A DNA stretch of 64,000 nt from Candidatus Dormiibacterota bacterium (GCA_027306885.1 DAHUYV010000135.1:508-64507); one strand, 5' to 3'; counted from the first letter of the stretch, positions 50,434-60,600 are shown. Notes: generated by a model from the letters alone, not told the origin. Made by a program: numbers and translations.

Positions 50434-51560
50434 TGCCGACCGTCGGCGCCGTCGACCCGATGACCCTCTGGTATCTGGCGCGCGCCAGCGGCCTTGTCCT
50501 ACTCGGCCTCCTCACCCTCAACCTGGCTCTCGGCATCGCCATTCAGGGGGGCTGGCATCCCCGCGGGTGGCCCCGGTTCGTGGTGCAGGGATTGCACCGC
50601 AACCTCGCCCTCACGGCTGTGGTCCTGCTGGTCATCCATGTGGTGACGATCGAGCTTGACCCCTTCGTCCCGGTGGGCTGGTGGGCGGTCCTCGTGCCCT
50701 TTGTGAGTCCGTACCGGCCGCTGTGGCTCGGCCTCGGGACCCTGAGCCTTGACCTTCTCGCTGCGGTGATCGTCACCAGCCTCCTGCGGGCCCACCTTCG
50801 CCCCCGCCTTTGGCGGGCGGTGCACTGGCTGGCCTACCTCTCGTGGCCGGTGGCGCTCCTGCACTCGGTGGGCACCGGCACCGACACCCGGCTGGGGGCG
50901 ATCTTCGTCTACGAGATGGCCTGCGTTGGGCTTCTGGCGGCGACGGTGATCTTCCGCCTGGCCCGCGCCGCGCATCCCGCGCCGGTGGCCCGCGGCCTGC
51001 TCATGGTGGCCGCGGCTGCCGCGCCGCTCGCCGCCCTCGCGTGGTCGTCGTCGGGCCCACTGCAGGCGGGCTGGGCCAAGAAGGCCGGCACCCCGACCGC
51101 TGTTCTGGCCTCCGGCGGCACGGGAACCGGGGCTCCGAGCGGAGCCCCGAGCGGGGGTGCGGGTCCGGCTGAGACTGCGTTCACCGCCTCCTTCAGCGGC
51201 AGCGCCATCTCCGGGGGCGGGGGACAGACCCTGACCATCACCGGGCGGGTGCAGGGCGGCGCCGGCGGCTCCCTGCAGGTGGTGCTGCAGACCCAGCCCC
51301 TTTCGGCGGGTGGCCTCGCGGTGTCGTCCGGAGCCGCCACCTACAAGCCGGGCAATCGCGCCCTCGCCTACTCCGGGACCCTGGTGGGGATGCGTGGCGC
51401 CGGCCTGGAGTTCAGCCTGCAGGCTGCCGGCGTACCCGGCGTGGCCGCTGAGCTGGTCCTGTCGGGACCGGTTCCCTCGTCCACGGTGGCCGGGCAGCTG
51501 TACTTCGGGACCGCGCCGCCGACCTTCTCCGGTGGCGATGACGGGGGCGGGGGCAATTGA
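50433..51560 (+). CDS. ferric-reductase-like (bis-heme b) transmembrane protein with Gly/Ser-rich C-terminal domain
   Basis: Two His pairs in transmembrane helices (LHRNL...VIHVV; VHWLAYL...LLHSV) typical of FRD/MsrQ-type heme-binding domains; start overlaps the ApbE stop. Confidence 0.7.
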   Translation: MPTVGAVDPMTLWYLARASGLVLLGLLTLNLALGIAIQGGWHPRGWPRFVVQGLHRNLALTAVVLLVIHVVTIELDPFVPVGWWAVLVPFVSPYRPLWLGLGTLSLDLLAAVIVTSLLRAHLRPRLWRAVHWLAYLSWPVALLHSVGTGTDTRLGAIFVYEMACVGLLAATVIFRLARAAHPAPVARGLLMVAAAAAPLAALAWSSSGPLQAGWAKKAGTPTAVLASGGTGTGAPSGAPSGGAGPAETAFTASFSGSAISGGGGQTLTITGRVQGGAGGSLQVVLQTQPLSAGGLAVSSGAATYKPGNRALAYSGTLVGMRGAGLEFSLQAAGVPGVAAELVLSGPVPSSTVAGQLYFGTAPPTFSGGDDGGGGN

Positions 51561-52864
51561 GCATCGCCACCCGTGATTTGACCAGGGCCTTCGCGCGGCC
51601 GCGCTCCGGACTCGGGCCGCAGCGCCTTCTGGCCGGCCCCAAGCTGGGCTCCGGAGAGAGCTGGGACGAGCACTGCGCGCGGCTTGATGGCCCGATCTCC
51701 GACCGCCTGAGACGGGTGCCCCCGGACCGGCTAATCGAGGCGGTCCGTCGCTCCGGGCTGCGAGGCCGAGGCGGGGGAGGCTTCCCCGCCGGCGACAAGC
51801 TGCTGGCGGCTCGCCGCCACGGCTCCGGCGCGGTGGTCGTCGGCAACGGCAGCGAGACCGAGCCGGCCGCCGCCAAGGACGAGGTCCTGCTCCGACTGCG
51901 GCCGCACCTGGTGCTGGATGGGCTGGAGGTGGCCGCCCGCGCCCTGGGAGCTCGCGGGGCTTTCCTCGTGGCCCCGTCCCCGGCCGCCTGGGACAGCGTC
52001 ACGGAAGCGCTCGCCGAGCGCGCCGATCGGCACGTGCCGGTGCAGCTCATCGAGGGGCCCCGGAACTTCGTGGGCGGTGAGGAGACGGCGGTCATCCGCT
52101 GGATCGAAGGAGGGCCGGCGCTGCCGCGCTTCCAGCCGCCTCGGGTGGTCGACCGCGGGTGGCGGGGCCTGCCCACCGTGGTTCAGAACGTCGAGACCCT
52201 GGCCCACCTGGGGCTGATCGCCCGCCTCGGGCCGGAATGGTTTGCGGCGGTGGGCACCGAGGCCGAGCCCGGGACCATGCTGATCACCCTCAGCGGCGCT
52301 GTCGAGCGCCCCGGCGTGTATGAGGTCGCCATCGGGCTGGAACTCACCAAGCTCCTCGGCGCGGCCGGTCCCGACCCCAAGGCGGTGGCGCTGCTGGTGG
52401 GAGGCTACTTTGGGTCGTGGCTGCGGGCGCCGCAGATCCCCGGTGCCCGCCTCTCCCGGGCGGGGCTCGCGCCGTTGGCGGCGTCGCCGGGGGCGGGGGT
52501 CATGCACCTGCTCCCACCGGGCAGCTGCGGGCTGCGCGAGTCCCATCGGGTCGTGGACTGGCTGGCCCAGCAGGGGGCCCGCCAGTGTGGTCCCTGCGCG
52601 CACGGGCTGCCCGCCCTGGCGGAGGCGATGGGCCGGCTGGCCGGCCACCGGGGGCAGGCTTCGGAGGCGGGAGCCCAATTGCGGCGCTGGAGTGACCAGA
52701 TCGAGGGCCGGGGGGCCTGCCGCCACCCTGACGGCGCGGTCAACCTGGTGCGCTCGACACTGGCCGCCTTTGGAGACGAGATCGAGCTCCATGAGCGGGG
52801 CGGCTGCAGCGGCACTCGGCTCTCCAACCTCCCACTGCCGCCGTGGGAGCTTCGCCCGGCTTGA
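51557..52864 (+). CDS. NuoF-like NAD(P)H-binding FMN/Fe-S flavoprotein (complex I 51-kDa subunit family)
   Basis: GRGGGGFPAGDK NADH/FMN motif; SLBB region; C-terminal CGPCAHG...C Fe-S motif; TTGA overlap with the upstream gene. Confidence 0.8.
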   Translation: MSIATRDLTRAFARPRSGLGPQRLLAGPKLGSGESWDEHCARLDGPISDRLRRVPPDRLIEAVRRSGLRGRGGGGFPAGDKLLAARRHGSGAVVVGNGSETEPAAAKDEVLLRLRPHLVLDGLEVAARALGARGAFLVAPSPAAWDSVTEALAERADRHVPVQLIEGPRNFVGGEETAVIRWIEGGPALPRFQPPRVVDRGWRGLPTVVQNVETLAHLGLIARLGPEWFAAVGTEAEPGTMLITLSGAVERPGVYEVAIGLELTKLLGAAGPDPKAVALLVGGYFGSWLRAPQIPGARLSRAGLAPLAASPGAGVMHLLPPGSCGLRESHRVVDWLAQQGARQCGPCAHGLPALAEAMGRLAGHRGQASEAGAQLRRWSDQIEGRGACRHPDGAVNLVRSTLAAFGDEIELHERGGCSGTRLSNLPLPPWELRPA

Positions 52865-53106
52865 GCGAGCAGTATCTTCACGTCGATCCCACGCTCTGTG
52901 TGGGCCACCGGATCTGCGCCGAGCTGCTCCCCGAGCTGATCGGACTCGACGACTGGGGCTACCCGATCATCTCGCCGGACCCGATCCCCCGCGTCCTGCG
53001 CCGCCGAGCTCGCGGCACCAGGACGGCGTGCCCGGCCCTCGCCCTCGCCCTCGACCACAGCCCGGGCCGCAAGGCGCGCCGCGACACCGCGGTAGCGGCC
53101 CCCTGA
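52861..53106 (+). CDS. small [3Fe-4S]-type ferredoxin
   Basis: CVGHRIC (CxxHxxC)...CP motif; TTG start overlaps the NuoF-like stop. Confidence 0.7.
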   Translation: MSEQYLHVDPTLCVGHRICAELLPELIGLDDWGYPIISPDPIPRVLRRRARGTRTACPALALALDHSPGRKARRDTAVAAP

Positions 53107-53146
53107 CCGTCGGGCGCACCGACCCGGCGCCTGCGAGAATCGCCAG

Positions 53147-55756
53147 GTGCCTTCAAGCTCCGCTCTCGACCAGCCGGGGGAGGGATCGGAGTCGTGGCGG
53201 CTCTGGGGCCCCTACCTGGCGCTGCGGCAGTGGGGGACGGTCCGGGAGGACTACAGCGCCTCCGGAGACGCCTGGGGTTACTTCCCCTTCGACCACGCCC
53301 GCCTGCGCGCCTACCGCTGGGGCGAGGACGGCCTCCTCGGTGTCAGCGACCAGCGCCAGCTGATCGGCCTCGGCCTCGGGCTCTGGAACGGGCAGGACGA
53401 GATCCTGAAGGAGCGGTTCTTCGGACTCACCAACGCCGAGGGCAATCACGGGGAGGACGTCAAGGAGTACTGGCACTACCTGGACGCACTTCCGGACTCA
53501 CGGTACCTGCGGGCGGTCTACCGCTATCCCATGGCCGCCTTCCCATACCGAGAGCTGCGCGAGCGCAACGCGGTGTCCGGACCCGAGCTCAAGCTCTTGG
53601 ATCTCGGTTACTTCCAGGACGACCGCTACTTCGATGTCCAGGTGGAGTACGCCAAGGCGGCGCCGACCTTCATCGCCTGCCGGATCACGGTGACCAACCG
53701 GAGCTCAGAGCCCGCCGAGCTCCACCTCCTGGCTCAGGCCTGGCTCCGCAACACCTGGGCCTGGAATGGCACCGCGCCGCCGGGGCTGGCGTTGCGGGAG
53801 GGCCGGCTCTGGCTGGCCCATCCTGACCTTCCGGGCTACCGGTTGGCGGCCGATCCCGGCGCGACCTGGCTCTTCTGCGACAACGAGACCGACACCGCCC
53901 GGCTGTACGGCATCGCTCCTCGCAGCCGATACCCGAAGGGGGCGATCGGCGACGCGGTCGTGAGTGGTGACCTCACCCTCTGCAACCCGGCCCAGACCGG
54001 GACCAAGGCGGCCGCCCGGTACCGGCTCTCACTTGACCCAGGGGAGTCCAAGGTGGTGCGCTGGGTCTGGTCCGACCACGACGGCCCCGAGCCGGCGGAC
54101 GCCGACCGGGTCTGCGACGCCGGTCGGGCCGCGGCCGACTCCTATCACCAGCGGCTGGCTCCGGCCGCCAGCGACCCCGACGAGAGGTTGATCCTCCGGC
54201 AGGGGATGGCGGGCCTGATCTGGAGCCAGCAGTACTACGAGTACGACGTGGATCGCTGGTTGGACGGCGACCCCGCCTCCCCGCCGCCGCCCGCGCAGCG
54301 CCAGTCCGGGCGCAACGCCGGGTGGCGCGGCCTGCACGCCGCCGACGTCATCGTGATGCCGGACAGCTGGGAGTACCCCTGGTTCGCCTCTTGGGACCTG
54401 GCCTTCCACGCCCTGGCGCTGCAGCCTTTCGACCCCGGGCTGGCCAAGGAGCAGGTGATGCTCCTGCTTGAGCCGCGGTACCTACGTGAGGATGGGCAGC
54501 TGCCCGCCTACGAGTGGAGCTTTGGGGACTCGAACCCGCCGGTCCACGCCGCCGCGGTGTGGCAGCTGTACGTCCGGGAGCGGAACCGCACCGGTCGCCC
54601 CGACCGGGCCTTCCTGGAGCGCGCCTTCCTCGCTCTGCTATTCAACTACGGCTGGTGGGTGAACCGGCGCGATGTGACCGCCCATGACATCTTCTCCGGG
54701 GGGTTCCTCGGGCTGGACAACATCTCGGCGGTGGACCGGAGCCACCTACCCCTGGGGGCGGAGATCTGGGAGGTCGACGCCACCGCCTGGGTCGGGATGT
54801 TCGCGGTGAAGATGTTCCGGATCGCCGCCGAGCTGGCGATCGAGGAGCCCCAGTACGAGGACATGGCGGTGCGCTTCTTCACCCACTTCGCCCACATCGC
54901 CGCGGCGTTGAACGGGGAGGCGGGTCAGCTCGGGCTCTGGGACGCGAAGGAGGGCTTCTACTACGACCGCCTGCGGCTGGCCGACGGGCGCAGCGAGGTC
55001 CTGCGGGTTCGTAGCCTGGTGGGCCTGCTGCCGCTGGCGGCGACCGAGCTGGTGCACCAGCACACGCTGGAGCGGCTTCCCCGCCTGGCCGAGCACCTGC
55101 AGGCAGCCGAGCAGGCGCGCTCCTTCCACGTCCAGGGGGCCGGGTCCGATCCATACGCGGTGCTCTCCCTTCTGGCTCCGGACCGCCTCCATCAGCTGCT
55201 GGACCGGCTGCTGGACCCCCAGGAGTTCCTCTCCGACTACGGGCTGCGCTCGGTCTCCCGGGCCCATCTGGAGGACCCGTTCCAGTCCCAGCTGGTGCCC
55301 GGCATGCCCCCGGTCCGCTACGAGCCCGGCGCCGCAGATGAGCGGATCATGGGCGGCAACTCCAACTGGCGGGGGCCGGTGTGGCTGCCCACCGGCTACC
55401 TACTGATCCAGGCCCTTCGGCTGCTCGGGGTGGGACTGGGTGACAGCTTCACCCACGAGTTCCCGGCTCCGGGGGGTGACGCCCTGACCCTGACGCAGGT
55501 GGCCGACCGGCTGGCGGAGAGAACGGTCGCCATCTTCCGGCGCGGCCCCGACGGGCGCCGCCCGGTCTTCGGTGACAACCACAAGTTCCAGACCGACCCG
55601 AGGTGGCGTGACCTCCTGCTCTTCCATGAGTACTTTCACGGCGACGACGGAAGCGGCCTGGGAGCGTCCCACCAGACCGGGTGGACGGCGTTGGTGGCAC
55701 TGCTGGTGGAGGAGTTGGGCCGCCCCTGGTCCCCTCCCAGGCCTCCCTCGGGGTGA
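53147..55756 (+). CDS. GH63-family glycoside hydrolase (mannosylglycerate/glucosylglycerate hydrolase-like)
   Basis: 869 aa with an (alpha/alpha)6-barrel GH63 pattern (EYPWFASWDLAF; GDDGSGLGASHQTGW). Confidence 0.8.
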   Translation: MPSSSALDQPGEGSESWRLWGPYLALRQWGTVREDYSASGDAWGYFPFDHARLRAYRWGEDGLLGVSDQRQLIGLGLGLWNGQDEILKERFFGLTNAEGNHGEDVKEYWHYLDALPDSRYLRAVYRYPMAAFPYRELRERNAVSGPELKLLDLGYFQDDRYFDVQVEYAKAAPTFIACRITVTNRSSEPAELHLLAQAWLRNTWAWNGTAPPGLALREGRLWLAHPDLPGYRLAADPGATWLFCDNETDTARLYGIAPRSRYPKGAIGDAVVSGDLTLCNPAQTGTKAAARYRLSLDPGESKVVRWVWSDHDGPEPADADRVCDAGRAAADSYHQRLAPAASDPDERLILRQGMAGLIWSQQYYEYDVDRWLDGDPASPPPPAQRQSGRNAGWRGLHAADVIVMPDSWEYPWFASWDLAFHALALQPFDPGLAKEQVMLLLEPRYLREDGQLPAYEWSFGDSNPPVHAAAVWQLYVRERNRTGRPDRAFLERAFLALLFNYGWWVNRRDVTAHDIFSGGFLGLDNISAVDRSHLPLGAEIWEVDATAWVGMFAVKMFRIAAELAIEEPQYEDMAVRFFTHFAHIAAALNGEAGQLGLWDAKEGFYYDRLRLADGRSEVLRVRSLVGLLPLAATELVHQHTLERLPRLAEHLQAAEQARSFHVQGAGSDPYAVLSLLAPDRLHQLLDRLLDPQEFLSDYGLRSVSRAHLEDPFQSQLVPGMPPVRYEPGAADERIMGGNSNWRGPVWLPTGYLLIQALRLLGVGLGDSFTHEFPAPGGDALTLTQVADRLAERTVAIFRRGPDGRRPVFGDNHKFQTDPRWRDLLLFHEYFHGDDGSGLGASHQTGWTALVALLVEELGRPWSPPRPPSG

Positions 55757-55951
55757 GTGCCCCGGGGCGCCGGGCTGGTGTCCCCGGAGCTCCAGGCGGG
55801 CCACCGGTTCCAGGCGCTCAGGGCGAGGCGGGGATGACTGGGCCCCGGTGGTTGGCAGCGCCGGAGCCAAGCCCCAGGGGCGGGCAGCAGAAGGGCCAGC
55901 TCTGGGGCGGAGCATCCAGAGCGGGGGCCGGCCCCAGAGCTGTCGCCGACC

Positions 55952-56983
55952 CTACGGGTACCAGACCGGCGCCGAGGTGGCGGTGAGGGCGAGGCTCTGC
56001 GTCACCTGCTGGGCGGCCCCCGGCTTGCTGCTGGCCGCCTTGGGGATCCAGTAGAGCTGGAAGGGCAGGCTGCGCTGGGGCACGTTCATGAACACCAGGC
56101 TCTGGCCGTTCGGGGACCAGGTGGGCATGGCCGCCATCGGCCCGGGTGAGAGCTCGGTGAGCGGCCCCAGCGTGCTGCCGTTCCAGCTGGCCACCTCCAG
56201 CGTGCTGGTCTGGAGCTGATTGTTGGTGCAGATCATGGCCATCTCGGTTCCCTGGGGGTTGAGCGAGGGCTCACTGCAGTTCTGCGCCGGGGTGGTGAGG
56301 TATTGGGGCTCAGCGCCGGGGCTCGTCACGTACGCCAGTTCCGAGTACTCGGCGCCGTTGCCCGAGGTGGAGTTGAAGTACTTGGCGTAGATCAGACCGC
56401 CGTTGGCCAGCGGCAGCGGCTCGACGTCGCCCCCTTGGTAGTAGAGGTTGGAGAGGCTCCAGACCGTGGCCCGAGCGCCCGGGTTGGCGAAGGGCACCGA
56501 GAGGACCTCGAAGTCCACGTTGTAGTTGGCGTAGGGATCGATCCAGTTCCAGGCGTAGAAGAGGGTCTGGCCGTTGGCGCTCACCCGCGGGTAGTAGGCG
56601 AAGTGGTTGGCGAAATAGCTGGGAGAGCTCTCCTGGAGGAGGGTGCGGATCACCTGGCCGGTGGGACCGAGGAGGTAGACATCGCTGTAGCCGTTCCCCT
56701 TGCTGACGGCCAGAAGGTCGCCGCCGGGGGCGGGGGCGACCTGGACCCAGTCCCCGGGTGGGGTGTTGAGCTTGCTGAAATGCAGCCCCTGCAGGCTGTA
56801 GAGGGACCCGTCCTGAGCGACGTAGAGGGTGCCGGGGAGGGCCAGCAGCGCCTGCGCCTGCACCGGGTCCACCACATGGTTGGCCTTGCTCTGCAGGGTG
56901 CCGAGGACGGCCCACACCCCGTACCCGAAGAGCGCCATCAGCCCCACGGTGGCGAGGCTGGCGAGGAGCTGGCGGGGACTCAT
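55952..56983 (-). CDS. membrane-anchored WD40-like beta-propeller (TolB-like) protein
   Basis: N-terminal transmembrane anchor followed by repeated beta-strand-rich units; lower GC; start overlaps the LCP stop. Confidence 0.6.
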   Translation of the reverse strand: MSPRQLLASLATVGLMALFGYGVWAVLGTLQSKANHVVDPVQAQALLALPGTLYVAQDGSLYSLQGLHFSKLNTPPGDWVQVAPAPGGDLLAVSKGNGYSDVYLLGPTGQVIRTLLQESSPSYFANHFAYYPRVSANGQTLFYAWNWIDPYANYNVDFEVLSVPFANPGARATVWSLSNLYYQGGDVEPLPLANGGLIYAKYFNSTSGNGAEYSELAYVTSPGAEPQYLTTPAQNCSEPSLNPQGTEMAMICTNNQLQTSTLEVASWNGSTLGPLTELSPGPMAAMPTWSPNGQSLVFMNVPQRSLPFQLYWIPKAASSKPGAAQQVTQSLALTATSAPVWYP

Positions 56984-58089
56984 CCGGCGGGGAAGTTCTG
57001 GGCGATCAGGGAGTTGATCGCGGGCCAGGTGGGGATCAGCACCGACTGGCCCCCGATGGTCCCCCCGGTGTAGTCGTTGCCAAGCATGACGATCTGGGTC
57101 ACATCGCCGTTGCTGAAGTCCCTGGCCAGGGCGGCGACCGAGCTGATCTGGCTGAGGCTGAGACTGGTGCGCACCTCACCGCCCAGCGCGCTGGCGATCC
57201 GCGGGATGTCGGCCAGGTTCATCTGCTTGGCGGAGTCCTTGATGTCCACCAGGAGCTCCTGCTGCTTCTGGCCGCGGGCGATGTCCTCAAGGATGTCGCC
57301 GTGGCGGGAGCGGACGTAGGTGAGGGCGTTGACCCCGTTGAGACGCTGCGGCCCGGGCAGGATCGCGATCCGCTGATTGGCATACGGGTTGCCCCCGGTG
57401 AGGTCGTAGGGGTACTGGACGTCGAGGATCGGCATCTGGGAGATGAGGTCCACCCCGCCCAGCTGGTCGACCAGCCCCACCAGCCCTCCCAGCCCGATCC
57501 AGGCCCAGTAGTTGACGGTGACGTTGAAGTTGTTCTCCACGGTCTGGATCGCCGCCGCCGCGCCGCCGTACGAATAGGCCGCGTCGATCTTGGCGCTTCC
57601 CCCGGTGGAGAGGGGGACCCACAGGTCTCTCGGGATCGAGAGCATCACCGCGTGGTGGGTGGCGGGGTCGACCCGGACCAGGATCATCGTCTGGGTCAGG
57701 ACGTGGTTGGGAGAGAACTTGGTGTCGTTGTCCGAACCCAGGAGCAGCACGGTGAACGGCTGGCCGGGCGGCGGCGGGGTGCCGGTCCCCTGGGCGCCGG
57801 GATGGGTGGCCTTGCCGCCGTTGCCGGTGGTCTTCTGGCCGGTGACGTGGAGCGCCGTGGTCACCGCGGGGAGGAAGTAGGCGACGGCCCCGCTGACCCC
57901 GGACACGGCAAAGCCCACCAGGACGAGGAACGCCAGCAGAGCTGGGTGCCGGCCCCAAGCGAAGGAGGAGTGGTGGGTCGAAAGCCCGGCGCGGCGGCGC
58001 CGTGGCCTGGTCCCGGCGGCCATGTGGGTGGATTGTAGCCCACCTTCCTCAGCGACTCCTGAGCCCACCTCAGCCCGCGGGGGAGGCAA
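56980..58089 (-). CDS. LytR-CpsA-Psr (LCP) family cell-wall polymer transferase
   Basis: LCP motifs (LLLGSDND...TQTMILVRVDP...SIPRDLWV); transmembrane anchor; lower GC. Confidence 0.85.
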   Translation of the reverse strand: MPPPRAEVGSGVAEEGGLQSTHMAAGTRPRRRRAGLSTHHSSFAWGRHPALLAFLVLVGFAVSGVSGAVAYFLPAVTTALHVTGQKTTGNGGKATHPGAQGTGTPPPPGQPFTVLLLGSDNDTKFSPNHVLTQTMILVRVDPATHHAVMLSIPRDLWVPLSTGGSAKIDAAYSYGGAAAAIQTVENNFNVTVNYWAWIGLGGLVGLVDQLGGVDLISQMPILDVQYPYDLTGGNPYANQRIAILPGPQRLNGVNALTYVRSRHGDILEDIARGQKQQELLVDIKDSAKQMNLADIPRIASALGGEVRTSLSLSQISSVAALARDFSNGDVTQIVMLGNDYTGGTIGGQSVLIPTWPAINSLIAQNFPAG

Positions 58090-58109
58090 AGCCGGTAACC
58101 TTGCCCCCC

Positions 58110-58901
58110 GTGCTCCTCTCCGGCAAGCGTCTGCTGATCACTGGGGTCCTCACCCCAGCCTCTCTGCCGTTCGCCGTGGCGAAGCAGGCCCAGGCGGACG
58201 GCGCCGAGGTGATCCTCACCTCGTTCGGTCGGGCCAAGCGGCTGACCGAGCGCAGCGCCGCCCGATTGAACCCGGTGCCGCCGGTGCTGGAGTTGGACGT
58301 GTCCTCCGACGCCGACTTCGAGGCCCTCCTGGGGGAGCTGCGGTCCCGCCAGGTCGTGCTCGACGGGCTGGTGCACGGGGTGGCCTTCGCCCCCCCCGAC
58401 GCCCTCGGTGGGGCCTTCCTCGACACCCCCTGGGAGTCGGCCGCCACCGCGCTGCGGGTGAGCGCCTACTCCCTGCGCCAGCTGGTGGTCTCGCTGCTCC
58501 CCGTCCTCAACCCGAAGGGGGCCTCGGTGGTGACCCTGGACTTCGATGCCACCCAGGCCTGGCCGGGATACGACTGGATGGGGGTGTCCAAGGCCGCCCT
58601 GGAGGCCGTGGTCCGGTACCTGGCCCAGTACCTGGGCCCCCGGCGGATCCGCGTCAACGCGGTGTCGGCGGGGCCCTCGTTCACGGTCGCCGCCAAGGGC
58701 ATTCCCGGCTTCTCCCAGTTTCCCGAGGTGTTCGAGCGCCAGGCCCCCTTGGGGTGGGATGCTCGCGACCCGGAGCCGGTGGGTCGGGCCGTGGCGGCCA
58801 TGCTGTCAGACTACTTCCCGGCCACCACCGGCGAGATCGTCCACGTGGACGGCGGCTATCACGCCGTGGGAGCGTCCATCAGACTTCCCGACGAGGCGTA
58901 G
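58110..58901 (+). CDS. fabI: enoyl-ACP reductase (NADH), InhA/FabI type
   Basis: LLSGKRLLITG and catalytic YDWMGVSKAALE motifs. Confidence 0.9.
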   Translation: MLLSGKRLLITGVLTPASLPFAVAKQAQADGAEVILTSFGRAKRLTERSAARLNPVPPVLELDVSSDADFEALLGELRSRQVVLDGLVHGVAFAPPDALGGAFLDTPWESAATALRVSAYSLRQLVVSLLPVLNPKGASVVTLDFDATQAWPGYDWMGVSKAALEAVVRYLAQYLGPRRIRVNAVSAGPSFTVAAKGIPGFSQFPEVFERQAPLGWDARDPEPVGRAVAAMLSDYFPATTGEIVHVDGGYHAVGASIRLPDEA

Positions 58902-60139
58902 TCCCCTCTCGGCCGGTGGCGAAGCCAGTAGACGGCTCCCAGCCCCGCCGTCAGCATCGCCACCAGGCCGCCGATCCCCATCGCCGCGTGGCTCCCCAGG
59001 GACTGCTCCACCAGCCCGGTCAAGGGGCTGCCAATTGGGGTCGTCCCGAGGAACACCCAAAGGTACAGGGCCATGACCCGTCCCCGGAGCCGGCTGGGAG
59101 TGTGCATCTGGATGATGCTGTTGGAGGTCGCGGAGAAGATGATCATGCCGACCCCTGCCATCGCCAGCAGGATCATCGCCGGGACGAGCCCGGGAGCCTG
59201 GCCGGCGGCGGCGAGGAAGGCTCCGAAGATGGCGCACCCCGCCAGGAGCGCGGGCACCGCCGCCCGGCCGGTGTAAGCGACCCCCAGCGCTCCGATCAGG
59301 GCGCCAGCCCCGAGGGCGCCGGACAGGAACCCGAACCCGGTCGCCCCCACGTGAAGGCCGTTTCGCGCGAGAGCTGGGATGAACACCGAGAAGTTGTAGG
59401 AGAAGGTGCCCACCACCAGCATCAGGAGGATCACCAGCGTCACCTCGGGAGTGTGCCGGGCGTAGGCGGCGCCCTCGCGGATCTGGGCGAAGGTGCCACC
59501 GGCGGCCGGGCGGGGCCGCTTGGGCAGGTGGAGCTCCCGGGGTTGCATCCAGAGCAGGGCAGCGATCACCGCCAGGTAGGAGATGGCGTTGAGGTCGAAG
59601 CAGAGCGCGGTGCCGACGGTGGCGATGAGGATCCCGCCCACCGCCGGCCCCACCACCCGGGCACCGTTGAAGACCGTGGAGTTGAGGGCGACGGCGTTGG
59701 GCAGCTGGTCGGCGCCCACCATCTCGGGGACGAACGCCTGCCGGGTCGGCCCGTCGACCACGTTGATCAAGCCGAAGGCCAGGACCACCACGAAGACCTC
59801 CCAGGTCTGGACCAGGTGGAGCCCGACCGTCACCCCGAGGATGGCGGCCACCAACGCGAACGAGGTCTGGGTGAAGACCAGCATCCGACGCTTGGGGAAC
59901 CGGTCGGCGATCACCCCGCCCAGCGGTTGGAAGAGGAGGTTGGGCAGGAACTGGGCCGTCACCAGGAGCCCGAGCATGAAGGCCGAGTGGGTGAGGTCCA
60001 GGATCAGCCAGGCCTGGGCGGTGCTCTGCAGCCAGCTCCCGGTGACCGAGATCAGCTGGCCCCCAAAGAAGAGGCGGTAGTTGCGGGTGGAGAGCGCCTG
60101 GAAGGTCCGCTGGGTGACGCCCCTGAACGTCCCGGTCAC
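58859..60139 (-). CDS. MFS transporter (DHA3/EntS-like)
   Basis: 12 transmembrane segments; MFS motif GGVIADRFPKRRM; its GTG start overlaps the MarR stop (GTGA). Confidence 0.85.
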   Translation of the reverse strand: MTGTFRGVTQRTFQALSTRNYRLFFGGQLISVTGSWLQSTAQAWLILDLTHSAFMLGLLVTAQFLPNLLFQPLGGVIADRFPKRRMLVFTQTSFALVAAILGVTVGLHLVQTWEVFVVVLAFGLINVVDGPTRQAFVPEMVGADQLPNAVALNSTVFNGARVVGPAVGGILIATVGTALCFDLNAISYLAVIAALLWMQPRELHLPKRPRPAAGGTFAQIREGAAYARHTPEVTLVILLMLVVGTFSYNFSVFIPALARNGLHVGATGFGFLSGALGAGALIGALGVAYTGRAAVPALLAGCAIFGAFLAAAGQAPGLVPAMILLAMAGVGMIIFSATSNSIIQMHTPSRLRGRVMALYLWVFLGTTPIGSPLTGLVEQSLGSHAAMGIGGLVAMLTAGLGAVYWLRHRPRGDYASSGSLMDAPTA

Positions 60140-60600
60140 AGCTCGACTCCGGCCAGGTGCTCCAGCGCCGCCACCGCCTTGGCGATTGCGGCCACCTCGG
60201 CCCGGCTGAGGTGGGAGAGGCGGGCGGCGAACCATTCCGCCCGGGCGGCCACCGCCGTCCGCGCCATCGCCTCGCCCTGGGGAGTGAGGGAGACCCGCAC
60301 GCAGCGCCGGTCCGCCTCGTCGACCTCCTTGGACACCAGCCCGTCCGCCTCCATCTGGGCGACGATTGCGGTCATCGAGGGCAGGCGGACCCGCTCGCGG
60401 CCGGCCAGCTCCGAGACCGTCACCTGCGGGGTGCTGAGGAGGAAGGAGAGGACCGGAAAGTGGCCCGGGCTCGGGCCCAGCGGACCATAAGCACGGCGCA
60501 ATCCGCGACCCAAGCGACTCATGACCGCCGGGAGCCGCTCGCCGAGCTCGGCCCCGACCTCCTCCGCCTCCGCGCGGGAATGGGAGGGTTCAGCGGACAT
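60136..60600 (-). CDS. MarR-family transcriptional regulator
   Basis: wHTH pattern (VTVSELAGRERVRLPSMTAIVAQMEADGLV). Confidence 0.85.
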   Translation of the reverse strand: MSAEPSHSRAEAEEVGAELGERLPAVMSRLGRGLRRAYGPLGPSPGHFPVLSFLLSTPQVTVSELAGRERVRLPSMTAIVAQMEADGLVSKEVDEADRRCVRVSLTPQGEAMARTAVAARAEWFAARLSHLSRAEVAAIAKAVAALEHLAGVEL

